Source: Planctomycetota bacterium (GTDB taxonomy: Bacteria > Planctomycetota > UBA11346). From it: a stretch of 36,411 nucleotides of DNA. The notes under the pieces were generated by a model. The model was not told the origin of the DNA. It made no database searches and saw nothing but the letters and a program-made list of their open reading frames with translations. The stretch spans positions 1 through 36,411 of the forward strand of contig JBBRLJ010000049.1 in the NCBI GenBank assembly GCA_038231435.1, given 5' to 3'. The translations under genes were made by a program, and so were the position numbers. The stretch's first letter is position 1. The number at the start of each line of letters is the position of its first letter. Below are positions 16,738-25,378 of this stretch, piece after piece.

Positions 16738-17622
16738 TCACCCGGTCGGCGGCTTGGGCTGCGTGGGCGGGAAGGTGGCGCCATCGCCTCTCACCCCGCC
16801 GAGCTTTTCACCCATCTTTTCACCGAGGAGCGCGCTCGCCGCTGGACGGCGCTTCAGCGCCAGATGGAACTGCTTGGCGGCGATGCTATTGAGGTGCGCG
16901 GCGGCCTCGGAAGGAGAGTCCGTATAGAGGATGCTCCGGGCGTCGCTCGGATCGATGGTCTTCGCGGCGATGAAGATGCCCTCGATCTGCTCGCGCAGCG
17001 GCCGCCAGTAGTCGATGCCCATGAGCACGATCGGGTAGTTGTCCATCTTGCCGGTCTGGATCAGCGCGAGCACGCCGAACAACTCGTCGAGCGTGCCGAA
17101 GCCGCCCGGCATGGCGACGAAGCCGTATGAATACTTCGCGAGCATGAATTTGCGTACCATGAAGTATTTGAATTCGACCCAGTGGTCGAGGTACGCGTTC
17201 GGCTTCTGCTCCTTCGGCAAGGTGATGTTGCAGCCGACCGAGGCTCCGCCGACCTCGCGCGCGCCGCGGTTGGCCGCCTCCATGACCCCGGGGCCACCGC
17301 CTGTCATGACGGTGAAGCCCAGCGTGGCGAGCTCGCCGCCGAGCTGGCGCGCCAGCGCGTAGTACGGATGCGCCTCGGTGAAGCGCGCCGAGCCGAACAC
17401 CGTGATGCACGGCCCCACGAAATGCAGGCGGCGGAAACCACGGATCAGCTCGCCGAAGATCTGCAGCGCGCGGAACAGTTCAGAACCGCGCGAGCGCGGG
17501 CCCTCGAGGAAGACTCGTTCGTCCTCGTCGCGCGAAGCGGCACCCCAATCGGTGCGGCTGGTGCCATGGGTATCCGCCGGCTCGGCTCCCACGTCCGGGC
17601 GGAGAGGCTGTTCAGGCCGCAT
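16738..17622 (-). CDS. LOG family (TIGR00730) nucleotide 5'-monophosphate nucleosidase/phosphoribohydrolase
   Basis: ITVFGSAR, TGGGPGVMEAANRGA, NITLPKEQKPNAY, FKYFMVRKFM, PGGFGTLDELF. Confidence 0.95.
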   Translation of the reverse strand: MRPEQPLRPDVGAEPADTHGTSRTDWGAASRDEDERVFLEGPRSRGSELFRALQIFGELIRGFRRLHFVGPCITVFGSARFTEAHPYYALARQLGGELATLGFTVMTGGGPGVMEAANRGAREVGGASVGCNITLPKEQKPNAYLDHWVEFKYFMVRKFMLAKYSYGFVAMPGGFGTLDELFGVLALIQTGKMDNYPIVLMGIDYWRPLREQIEGIFIAAKTIDPSDARSILYTDSPSEAAAHLNSIAAKQFHLALKRRPAASALLGEKMGEKLGGVRGDGATFPPTQPKPPTG

Positions 17623-17658
17623 GAGGAGCCTGCGTCATGCCTGGGGACGCCGGTGGTT

Positions 17659-17841
17659 TCACGGCGCGGGCGCGTCCGGGCCTTTTTTGTCTGGAGCCCC
17701 AGACTTCCCAGGGGAAGCGGGGGATCCCAGCGAGCGTGGCACCGACTTCTTCTCTCCACGGCGCTGGGCCTTGGCCTTGCGCGACAGCATGACCTTCTCG
17801 ATGCGCTGGGCGTGATGACCCCGCGTGACGAACTTGCCCAT
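17659..17841 (-). CDS. Small basic hypothetical protein (60 aa)
   Basis: GGAG 5 nt before the ATG, GC3-rich codons in the first half, and it fills the gap between co-oriented genes. Sequence starts MGKFVTRGHHAQRIEKVMLSRKAKAQRRGEKKS. Confidence 0.6.
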   Translation of the reverse strand: MGKFVTRGHHAQRIEKVMLSRKAKAQRRGEKKSVPRSLGSPASPGKSGAPDKKGPDAPAP

Positions 17842-17934
17842 GGCCGCTCCGATGCCGTCATCGTGCCGCTCGGGCCGGTCCTGTCGATGGAGCGATGGCG
17901 CATCCTGGGCATTGGCGGGCGAGCCCGCGCGCGG

Positions 17935-18723
17935 TCAGGCCGAGCGCCTCAGCGCCGAGAGCGTGCGTGCGCGGTCGATGATGCGCTCCCACGAGGACAT
18001 CTCGGGCGGACGGTCGTGATCGAGCATGCAGCCGAGCAGCTGCATGGTCTCAAGCGATACGCCCCGCACCAGGAAGGTGGTGGTGCGGCCGGTCGGCGTC
18101 TTGCGTTCGTCATTGGGGCCGATGACCCAGCAAATGGTGGCGGCCAATGCGTGGATGTCGTCGCGCCAGCCGTTCTGGTCGCGAACCGCTTTCGGCACGA
18201 TCGGGAAACCGATCTCCTCGCCCGGCATGCGCAGGCGGCTGAGCCCGAAATCAGCGAGCTTCGCGCAGGAGCCTTCGGCGATCCCCGAGCGGGCCGGTTC
18301 GACCAGGACGCTGTCGGGGCTGATGCCGTGATGGGCGATGCCATGGCGCCAGGCGTAGCCGAGCGCCTGCGCAAGCTGCGTGAGGGCCACCACCGCATCG
18401 TGCTCGGACATCGGGCCGTGCTCGCGCACGAAGTCGCGCAGGGTCGGGCCGTTCACCAGCTCCATCACCACGTAGCGCCGGTCGTCACGCTGCAACGCGG
18501 CGATCGAGCGCACGATGTGCGGATGGTCGAGACGCAATGAAGCACGCACGTCGCGATCGAGGGCCTGGGCGGTCTTGGGGTCGGAGAGGTTCTGGGGCCC
18601 GATGACCCGCACCGCCACGGCTCGGCCTGCCTGGTCGACGGCTTCGTAGACGTCGCCCTGGATGCTCGAACCCAGGAGCCGGCCGCAGACGTAGCCATCG
18701 GGATCGCGGTGGCCGTCGGGCAT
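17935..18723 (-). CDS. Hanks-type Ser/Thr kinase-fold protein, probably a pseudokinase
   Basis: LLGSSIQGDVYEA, VAVR, LDHPHIV, YVVMELVNGPTL, IAHHGISPDSVL, KLADFGLS. Catalytic Lys, HRD Asp and Asn are substituted. SD GAGGA before ATG 18723. Confidence 0.85.
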   Translation of the reverse strand: MPDGHRDPDGYVCGRLLGSSIQGDVYEAVDQAGRAVAVRVIGPQNLSDPKTAQALDRDVRASLRLDHPHIVRSIAALQRDDRRYVVMELVNGPTLRDFVREHGPMSEHDAVVALTQLAQALGYAWRHGIAHHGISPDSVLVEPARSGIAEGSCAKLADFGLSRLRMPGEEIGFPIVPKAVRDQNGWRDDIHALAATICWVIGPNDERKTPTGRTTTFLVRGVSLETMQLLGCMLDHDRPPEMSSWERIIDRARTLSALRRSA

Positions 18724-18925
18724 GGATCCTCGTCTCGCTGGTCCTGAGAAGTCTGGCGCTGACGGCTGGCGCTGTCGGCCGGGGGCCGCGCGCTGCGGAC
18801 AGCTCCCCCATACAGGTGTTTGCCTCAGGAACGGGGCTGCGTCAAGGGCGTGTCGCAAGAGCCTGGTCGGACATGCTCACCGGGGTGGAAATCCCGCAGA
18901 TCCGCCATCGACGAGCCTTCGTGCC

Positions 18926-19849
18926 CTAGGGCGCGGCGCTCGACGGAACCAGCACGCCCTGCAGCTGGATCTGCTGGGCCACCTGCGCGATCAAGCGGCG
19001 CAAGGCTTCGGTGATCAGCGGGCGATCGAGCCGCAGATCGTTGTGGCCGTTCTCGGGCAGGGCGAGGAAGCGCTTGTTCGCCGAGCCCGCGCGCTCGTAC
19101 AGCTCGCGGCCCTGGGCCTGGGGGATGACCGTGTCCTGACCGCCGTGCATGATCAGCAGCGGGCAGAGCACCCGCGGGATCAGGGTGATCGGCTGCAGCT
19201 CGGGATCGGCGAGCGCCGGATCTGGCTCGAGCGTGATGCACCAGCGGACGTACCACGGCAGATTGGGATTCCAGGCGCTGATCACCTCTGGGCACGAGGA
19301 TGGCGGCGCCTCGAGCACCAAGCCATCGATCCGGGCGTGCGCGGCGGCGTATACCGCCATGCCGCCGCCGATGGATCTGCCGTAGACGATGACCGGGGCC
19401 TGCTCGTAGCCCCGCATCGCGCGCAGTCCGGCGATCACCGCGACCGCGTCCTCGCCGCAGGTCTTCAGGCCCGGCGTGCCGTCACTCGCTCCGTAGCCGC
19501 GATAATCGAAGGCCATGACGTTCACTTGCAGCTGGTCGCGCAGCCAGGTCAGGCGCGGCATCGAATCGGCGACCGTCTCGGCATTGCCGCAGAAGTACAC
19601 CAGCGTCGGGACTCGGTCTGCCACTGCCACCGCCACTGCCTTGTCATCAATCGACGGTGCGTCCACGGATAGCATCCATCCCGTCAACGTGACGCCGCCA
19701 TCGCGCTGCACCTCGATGCTCCGACCATGGTCGGGCGCATCCCGCAGCACCACCGGGCGCGGATGGAAGAGGTCTTCCTCGGTGACCCGCCGGGTGCAGG
19801 CCGTGGCGCATACAACGATGACGGCAGAGAACACGATGAGCAGGCGCAT
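18926..19849 (-). CDS. Alpha/beta hydrolase, probable lipoprotein (ABHD17/BEM46-like)
   Basis: MRLLIVFSAVIVVCATAC lipobox-like start. YFCGNAE, FDYRGYGASDG, YGRSIGG (Ser), IMHGGQDTVIP (Asp), GHND (His). Confidence 0.92.
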   Translation of the reverse strand: MRLLIVFSAVIVVCATACTRRVTEEDLFHPRPVVLRDAPDHGRSIEVQRDGGVTLTGWMLSVDAPSIDDKAVAVAVADRVPTLVYFCGNAETVADSMPRLTWLRDQLQVNVMAFDYRGYGASDGTPGLKTCGEDAVAVIAGLRAMRGYEQAPVIVYGRSIGGGMAVYAAAHARIDGLVLEAPPSSCPEVISAWNPNLPWYVRWCITLEPDPALADPELQPITLIPRVLCPLLIMHGGQDTVIPQAQGRELYERAGSANKRFLALPENGHNDLRLDRPLITEALRRLIAQVAQQIQLQGVLVPSSAAP

Positions 19850-19898
19850 GACCCCACTGTGCGCATGGTCGGCGCGAGAGAAGAGCCCCGATCGCTGA

Positions 19899-20465
19899 CT
19901 ATCCAGCGGCAGCCGCGCGCTCGAGCGACGAGAACACCTCCAGCGACCACCGGGCATTGCGCCTCAGCTTGCCCTCAGGTTCGCGACGCACGATCGTCCG
20001 CAGCACGCGAGCCGCGCGCGCGTCTCGCCCCGTTCCAAGCATCGCCACGCCGAGCATATGGGTGGCGACCTGACGCACCCGCAAGCTCGCGTCCCGCATC
20101 GCGCGCTCGATCAGGTGGGCGATGACGTCCACCGGTAGCGCCACGAGCTTACAGCCCTGGCAACCGATCGCGTGAACGGCGTGGCGGCGCACGTCAGCCT
20201 CGGGATCTGCGAGGAGCTCGATCAGGGGTGCGACGCACCTCGCATCGGCGCCATGGTCGAGGACGTCGGCGCACGCGGTCCTGACGCGGTGATCGGGGTC
20301 GCTGAGTCCAGCGATGAGCGTCGCGATCGCGTCACCGCTCGTGGCGCTGGAGATCCGTCGGAACCACGTGGTTCGCGACACCTGAGTGAGATGGCGCTGG
20401 AAGAGGTCGTGATTGCGCGATGGTGAAGCTGCGGAAATCGGGGTCGTGCCGGCGGTGGGCGTCAT
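19899..20465 (-). CDS. HEAT/PBS-lyase repeat protein
   Basis: Repeated LIAGLSDPDHRVRTACADVL, LIELLADPEADVRRHAVHAIG, AMRDASLRVRQVATHMLG. SD AGGAG. Confidence 0.85.
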   Translation of the reverse strand: MTPTAGTTPISAASPSRNHDLFQRHLTQVSRTTWFRRISSATSGDAIATLIAGLSDPDHRVRTACADVLDHGADARCVAPLIELLADPEADVRRHAVHAIGCQGCKLVALPVDVIAHLIERAMRDASLRVRQVATHMLGVAMLGTGRDARAARVLRTIVRREPEGKLRRNARWSLEVFSSLERAAAAG

Positions 20466-20484
20466 GAGGTGCTCCTGACCATCC

Positions 20485-20515
20485 AGCCTACAACGGCACC
20501 GGGGGGTGTTGTCAA
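20485..20515 (-). promoter_or_regulatory. Sigma70-like promoter of the HEAT-repeat gene
   Basis: On the minus strand: TTGACA (20515-20510), 19 nt, TAGGCT (20490-20485). An 11-nt G run lies just upstream (20523-20533). Confidence 0.5.
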
Positions 20516-20658
20516 TCCTCCTCCCCCCCCCCCACCCTCCCAGAATATGTCACTAGGAAGAGAGGGACGGTGACCAAGCGAAGGGCGCCTTCAGGAAGAG
20601 CCGGCATTCCGTCTTCATTCTTCCCGCGTCGACTTCCTATCCTCGCCCTTCCCTGTCC

Positions 20659-21516
20659 CTACCGCACCCTGGTCACCCGCCGGTACGCGCGTGGGGTGTG
20701 CCCGGTGTGGTGGCGGAAGATCTTACCGAAGTAGCTGCAGGTGTCGAAGCCGACTCCCAGCGCGATCTCGGTGATGGCGTCGTCGGTGCGCTCGAGCAGG
20801 TCGCGCGCCTTCTCGACGCGCAGGCGGTTGATGTACGCGTGCACCGGCATGCCCAGCTCGCGCGCGAACAGCTCGCCGAAATAGTTGGGCGTCAGGCCGA
20901 CGGCGGCGGCGAGTTCGGCCACCGAGAGCGGCAGCGAGAAGCGCTCATGCACGTGCGCGAGAGCCGTAGCCACCGGCCCCGGTGGCGGGCCCTCTACCGA
21001 GGCCGCGGGCGCGCGCAGCGCGAGCGCCAGGCGGTCGAGGGTCAGCAGCAGATCGATGACCATCGCCTTGGCGCCGAGCGCGAAGCCGGGCCGCTTGTCG
21101 GCGAGCTCTCGGCGCAGGCGTTCGCAGCGCTCGGACACCTCGTGATCGTGCGGCGGACTGAGCGAGAGCTTGTGGCGGTGCACGTCCTCGGTCAGGAATG
21201 GTGCGAGGCCAGGCAGGTTCGCGAGTTCGTTCCATTCGGCCGGCGTGAACAGGCTCTGGTCGAAGAGCACGTTGTAGATGCGCATGCCCTCGGCGATGTA
21301 GCGGTGCGTGTCGCCCGGGCGCATCAGGTAGCAGTCGCCCGCCAGCACGGGATAGATGCGGTCGTCGATGACGTGGCGGCCGCTGCCGCGCACCACGTAG
21401 ACCAGTTCGAAGCAGTCGTGGCTGTGCGGCACCTCGCTGGGGCCGTGGTGCTGGGCGGGCGCGCAGGACAGCGGCAGGCTGGACGTGGTATGCTTTGACA
21501 GGCGGACCACGTGCAT
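20659..21516 (-). CDS. AraC family transcriptional regulator (RhaS/RhaR-like, cupin N-domain)
   Basis: PHSHDCFELVYVVRGSGRH...GD...HRY cupin. LSVAELAAAVGLTPNYFGELF...ITEIALGVGFDTCSYFGKIFRHHTGHTPRAYR. TACGCT lies 6 nt before ATG 21516. Confidence 0.95.
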   Translation of the reverse strand: MHVVRLSKHTTSSLPLSCAPAQHHGPSEVPHSHDCFELVYVVRGSGRHVIDDRIYPVLAGDCYLMRPGDTHRYIAEGMRIYNVLFDQSLFTPAEWNELANLPGLAPFLTEDVHRHKLSLSPPHDHEVSERCERLRRELADKRPGFALGAKAMVIDLLLTLDRLALALRAPAASVEGPPPGPVATALAHVHERFSLPLSVAELAAAVGLTPNYFGELFARELGMPVHAYINRLRVEKARDLLERTDDAITEIALGVGFDTCSYFGKIFRHHTGHTPRAYRRVTRVR

Positions 21517-21673
21517 GCCAAGAGCGTAGGCCCTGGTCATGACTTACAACCGTGATTATTACCAATATTACCGAACTCCCTGGGAGATTCCACCTCCGAA
21601 CCGCTTATAATCCGGCGTAATCGATCGACCCCGTGGCTCAGAAACTGGCCACACTTCCCTGGGATGAGCACCA

Positions 21674-22522
21674 ATGACCGCTTCTACCGCCGCCCCCCCT
21701 CTGCTTCCCACCTACCAGCGCGCCGACACCGCCGGCCAGCTGCGTGGCTTGGAGGAGGACGGCTTCGCCATCATCCCCGGCGTGCTCGATGCCGAGCAGG
21801 TGCGCGTGATGAAAGGCCGCATCGACGAGCTCACGCCGTTCTGCTACGATCGCGGCGGCCCGGCCAACGCTGGCAAGATCGACCACTTCAAGAACGTCTT
21901 CAACCGCAGTCCATACTGGCTGCAGTTCCTCGACCAGCACGGCGTGATCGAAGTCGCCGAAGCGGCTATGGGCGACGATTGCCACATCATCGGCCAGACC
22001 GCGTGGCGCACGCCTCCTGGCGCCGGCGGCTGGGGTATGCACATCGACCAGCTATTCTTTCCTGCTGAGGAGGAGCTGCTGGTGTCGGGACGCGTGAAGA
22101 CCCCGGTGATGCTCGCCACCGCGCACTTCTATCTCAACGACATGACGCTGGACCTGTGCCCAACCTGGATCGTCCCCGGCACCCACAAGTCAGGACGCGG
22201 TCCGAGCAGAGACGTGAACTCCGCAGGCAGCATGGGGTTTCGCGGCGGCGAGGAGCGCGAGTGGCGCGGCAACGTCGCGGTGCCAGTGCTGGTCAAAGCT
22301 GGCGACGTGATGATCTTCCGCTCCGAGGTCTGGCATTCCGGATCGAAGAACGAGACCTCGGACATCACCCGCTACCTGCTGCAGGTGCACTACGGACGGC
22401 GCATGATGGCGCAGAAATTCTCGCCGTACCTCGACTTCCGCTTCAACCACGATTCGGTCGCCCAGGCGACGCCACGGCAGCTGCGGCTCATGGGCAAGCA
22501 CACGCCGGGCGCGTACGACTGA
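21674..22522 (+). CDS. Phytanoyl-CoA dioxygenase (PhyH) family Fe(II)/2-oxoglutarate dioxygenase
   Basis: LEEDGFAIIPGVL, GMHID (HxD), FYLND...PTWIVPGTHK, KAGDVMIFRSEVWHSGSKN....R. TATAAT at 21606-21611. Confidence 0.92.
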   Translation: MTASTAAPPLLPTYQRADTAGQLRGLEEDGFAIIPGVLDAEQVRVMKGRIDELTPFCYDRGGPANAGKIDHFKNVFNRSPYWLQFLDQHGVIEVAEAAMGDDCHIIGQTAWRTPPGAGGWGMHIDQLFFPAEEELLVSGRVKTPVMLATAHFYLNDMTLDLCPTWIVPGTHKSGRGPSRDVNSAGSMGFRGGEEREWRGNVAVPVLVKAGDVMIFRSEVWHSGSKNETSDITRYLLQVHYGRRMMAQKFSPYLDFRFNHDSVAQATPRQLRLMGKHTPGAYD

Positions 22523-22639
22523 CGTCCGGCATCCGGCATTCGTCGTCGGAGTCAGGCCGGATCGCGCCCCGGTGATCGCTGCTGCGATCGCTCCTGGGAA
22601 ACGTTCGCCCTCGCTGGCTGTCCGACGACGGGAGTTCTC

Positions 22640-24040
22640 TCACGGCCTCGCGAGGGCCAGGGCGTTCTTGAGCTCGCGGGCGTCGACGGGTTCCCAGTCC
22701 GCGCCGAGGCGGGCGTGAACGCGGGCGAGGGCCACCTGCCATGATTCACCGGTGCGGGTGGTGTAGTCTTCGCACACGCTCCGCCAGAAGGGCTGGGGCC
22801 AGGCGGGCGCGGCAGAATGCTCGGTCGGGCGGCCCGTGGCGCCGTCGGTGACCAGGCTGCCGACAGCATCGGCGCTGAGGTAGATGCGATCGATGGCCTT
22901 GGCGAGACGGTCGACGTCCGCCGGCACCACCTCGGCGCTGTCGGTCGCCTGGTAGAACTGCACGGTCGCGCGGATCGGGAAGCGCCAGTCGCGCTCGATG
23001 GTGCAGCCGTCGAGACCGATCCACGGGCCTTCTACCGGGCCGGATTGGACCACCGCCGATTCGCTCCGCGATTCCTTCATGTCCTTCGCGCAATTCGCGG
23101 CCGCGGGCGCGGGCATCGCTCCCGCAGCGCAATCCTCGTCCATGGATCGCTGCTCGGGGTGCACGAGCGGGATCTGGATCACCATCACCATCGACATGCC
23201 TGCGGCGGCCGCCGAATCCGCGGCGACCGCATGACCAGACGGCGTGCTCGCGCCGACATCGCTCAGGCGCCTCGCGCTCAGCGGCGCGCGCGCTCCGGCG
23301 TGGTTGTGGTACAGACGCTGGCCATGCCAAACCCCTGCTGAGGCGGCCGGTGAATTGGTGATCGCCTGCGCCGAGGTGCCTTCGGGCGTCACCACCAGCG
23401 TGAGCACGGCCGGGGCTCCCGGCGCGGACTGGTAGTTGAACAACACTGGCGCGAAGGTCGCCTCGCCGCCATGCGGGATCGGCAGGTAGCAGGCCTGCGC
23501 CGAAACCAGCACCGCATGATCACGTTCGCCGATCAGCGAACCCTTGAGACGGCCGGTCGGCGACGCCTGGTACGACGCGAACGAACGCAGGTAGGTGCCG
23601 AGATCGATCGCCTGCAGGGCGGTGCCGTGTTCGTTTCCGACCAGCACCTTCAGACGCTCGATCGGCACATCGCACGAGACGTCGGCGAAGTTTGGGTGGC
23701 GCACCACCGGCATGCACCAGCCGCTCCTACCGGAGCCCTGAAAGCACCCTGGCGCGATCGCCTGGCGGTCGCGCATCTGATCGAGCACCTGGATGGTGAG
23801 GTCGCTGATGTTCGGTCCCCAGCACGAGTTCTTGGCTCGTCCGGTGTCCTCCCAGGTCAAAGACAGCACGTCGAGCCCGCGCGCACGGAACAGCGAACAC
23901 GCGCGCTGGTCGCCGGCCATGCGCGACACGGCCTCGACCACGTTGCTCACGGGCGGCGAGTACACGTCGCGTACGGAGGTAGGACCGATGTCCTCGGCGG
24001 CGAGGACGGACGAGAGCAGGGCCAGGACGAGTGAGCGCAT
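22640..24040 (-). CDS. Secreted hypothetical protein (WEDTGR...WGPNISD motif)
   Basis: Strong SD GGAGGTG before ATG 24040, signal MRSLVLALLSSVLAA, typical codon usage, and protein-like blocks TWEDTGRAKNSCWGPNISDLT, RHPNFAD, SAQACYLP, LFNYQS, QIPL, RDWRFPIRATVQFY. Confidence 0.8.
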   Translation of the reverse strand: MRSLVLALLSSVLAAEDIGPTSVRDVYSPPVSNVVEAVSRMAGDQRACSLFRARGLDVLSLTWEDTGRAKNSCWGPNISDLTIQVLDQMRDRQAIAPGCFQGSGRSGWCMPVVRHPNFADVSCDVPIERLKVLVGNEHGTALQAIDLGTYLRSFASYQASPTGRLKGSLIGERDHAVLVSAQACYLPIPHGGEATFAPVLFNYQSAPGAPAVLTLVVTPEGTSAQAITNSPAASAGVWHGQRLYHNHAGARAPLSARRLSDVGASTPSGHAVAADSAAAAGMSMVMVIQIPLVHPEQRSMDEDCAAGAMPAPAAANCAKDMKESRSESAVVQSGPVEGPWIGLDGCTIERDWRFPIRATVQFYQATDSAEVVPADVDRLAKAIDRIYLSADAVGSLVTDGATGRPTEHSAAPAWPQPFWRSVCEDYTTRTGESWQVALARVHARLGADWEPVDARELKNALALARP

Positions 24041-24101
24041 CGGACACCTCCGCCTGCTTTGACGGCCGGGTCCGCGAGGGGTTCCACGGTTCGTGAGGGC
24101 G

Positions 24102-24141
24102 GTTCCGGACGAGGCTCCGGAGGATGTTCCGGAGGATGTTC
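24102..24141. repeat. 12-bp-period direct repeats upstream of the 24040 gene
   Basis: GTTCCGGACGAG GCTCCGGAGGAT GTTCCGGAGGAT GTTC; the three full units each contain palindromic TCCGGA. Confidence 0.55.
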
Positions 24142-24197
24142 TAGGCCGTTTCCGGGCTGTTTCGGAGACCCCGCCGTCTCCGCATCCGCAGAGCCGG

Positions 24198-25214
24198 TCA
24201 GGAACGCGGGGGGGTGCTCGAACCGACCGCGACCCCGAAGGCGATCGGCGGTCGGGCGACCTGCGCCCGCGGATCTGCGAGCAGCGCCAGCAGAGCCTCC
24301 GCGGCGAGCTTGCCAAGAGCCTGGCGGTCGAAGCGCGCGCGCGTCAACGACGGCAGCAATTCCTGGAACAGGTGCGGGCTATCGCAGCACGCCACCGCCG
24401 ATCCACGCGGCGCATGCTTCTGCAATACCAGCGCGGCGTGGGCGTCGATGGCGACGAGCACCGTGTCGGGGTCCGGCCGCAGGCGCTCGAGTCCGGAACC
24501 GAGCTGGCCGTACCACCACGGCGTATCGAGATGGCTGAAATGCATGCCCAGCTCGTTCGCGGCCTCGCTGACGCCGCGCCGGCGTTGGTCGTAGCTGAAA
24601 TGCGCCGCCCCCATGCTGCCGCCGACCAGCAGGATCTTGCGCCAGCCGATCCTGGCGAGTTCGCGCACCAGGTCTCCGCCCGCGGCGTATTCATCACGAT
24701 TGAACACCACGCGCCCAGGTGCGGCATCCACGTTCACGTACACCGCGGGTACAGACTTGGTAGACAACCACTCCTCGAGACCCGGCATCACCTCGTCCAG
24801 GACCAGGGCCGCGTCGAAGGCGCGTTCACGCGGCAGTTCGGCGTGGCCGTCGCCGAGACCGTCGCCATGACCTCTCGCCAGATCACGTCGCAGTGGATGC
24901 ACCAAGACGCTCATCTTGGCCGGCTGCAGGCCGGAGCTGATGCCCATCAGGTATTCGTAAGCGAACACCGTCGGCATACCGTAGGTGTCGACCGGGATCA
25001 TGACGATCACCGCGTGGTGCTTGCCATCGCGCAACCGTCGGGCGGTGGCGTTGGCGACGTAGCCGAAACGCTGGGCGAGACCGACGACCTGGGCCGTCCG
25101 TTGGCGTCCCTTCGGGGTGTTGCCCTTGTACCTGCCGCCGAGGATGTTCGAGACCGTCGCCACCGACAGCCGAGCCTCGGCCGCGATGGCCCGCAAGGTG
25201 GAATCCGGGCGCAT
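24198..25214 (-). CDS. LacI family transcriptional regulator (divergent effector domain)
   Basis: TLRAIAAEARLSVATVSNILGG...AQRFGYVANATARRL, LARIGWRKILLVGG, RRRG, PSLTRARFD. TAGGCT lies 6 nt before the ATG. Confidence 0.9.
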   Translation of the reverse strand: MRPDSTLRAIAAEARLSVATVSNILGGRYKGNTPKGRQRTAQVVGLAQRFGYVANATARRLRDGKHHAVIVMIPVDTYGMPTVFAYEYLMGISSGLQPAKMSVLVHPLRRDLARGHGDGLGDGHAELPRERAFDAALVLDEVMPGLEEWLSTKSVPAVYVNVDAAPGRVVFNRDEYAAGGDLVRELARIGWRKILLVGGSMGAAHFSYDQRRRGVSEAANELGMHFSHLDTPWWYGQLGSGLERLRPDPDTVLVAIDAHAALVLQKHAPRGSAVACCDSPHLFQELLPSLTRARFDRQALGKLAAEALLALLADPRAQVARPPIAFGVAVGSSTPPRS

Positions 25215-25240
25215 GGCCCCAGCCTAAAGCTGGAACGTCG

Positions 25241-25368
25241 TATGAACAGGACCGGTAACCGGAAACGCGTTCATTAAATTTTCATAAGTATATTATTATA
25301 ATAAATTTACGATTAATTTGATCGTGGTGCAAGAGATCTGTCATTGGCTTAAACATGAAACGTTATAG
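25241..25368. promoter_or_regulatory. AT-rich divergent control region with candidate LacI-type operators
   Basis: GGACCGGTAACCGGAAAC (25249-25266), AACGCGTT (25264-25271) and TGAAACGTTATA (25356-25367) have the CG-centred, A-flanked shape of LacI/GalR operators. Confidence 0.5.
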
Positions 25369-25378
25369 TAATAACCAT

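Noticed and set aside
17664..17690. Plus-strand hairpin followed by T6 as a terminator
   Set aside because: The stem is imperfect, it lies inside the small minus-strand ORF, and no plus-strand gene ends there.
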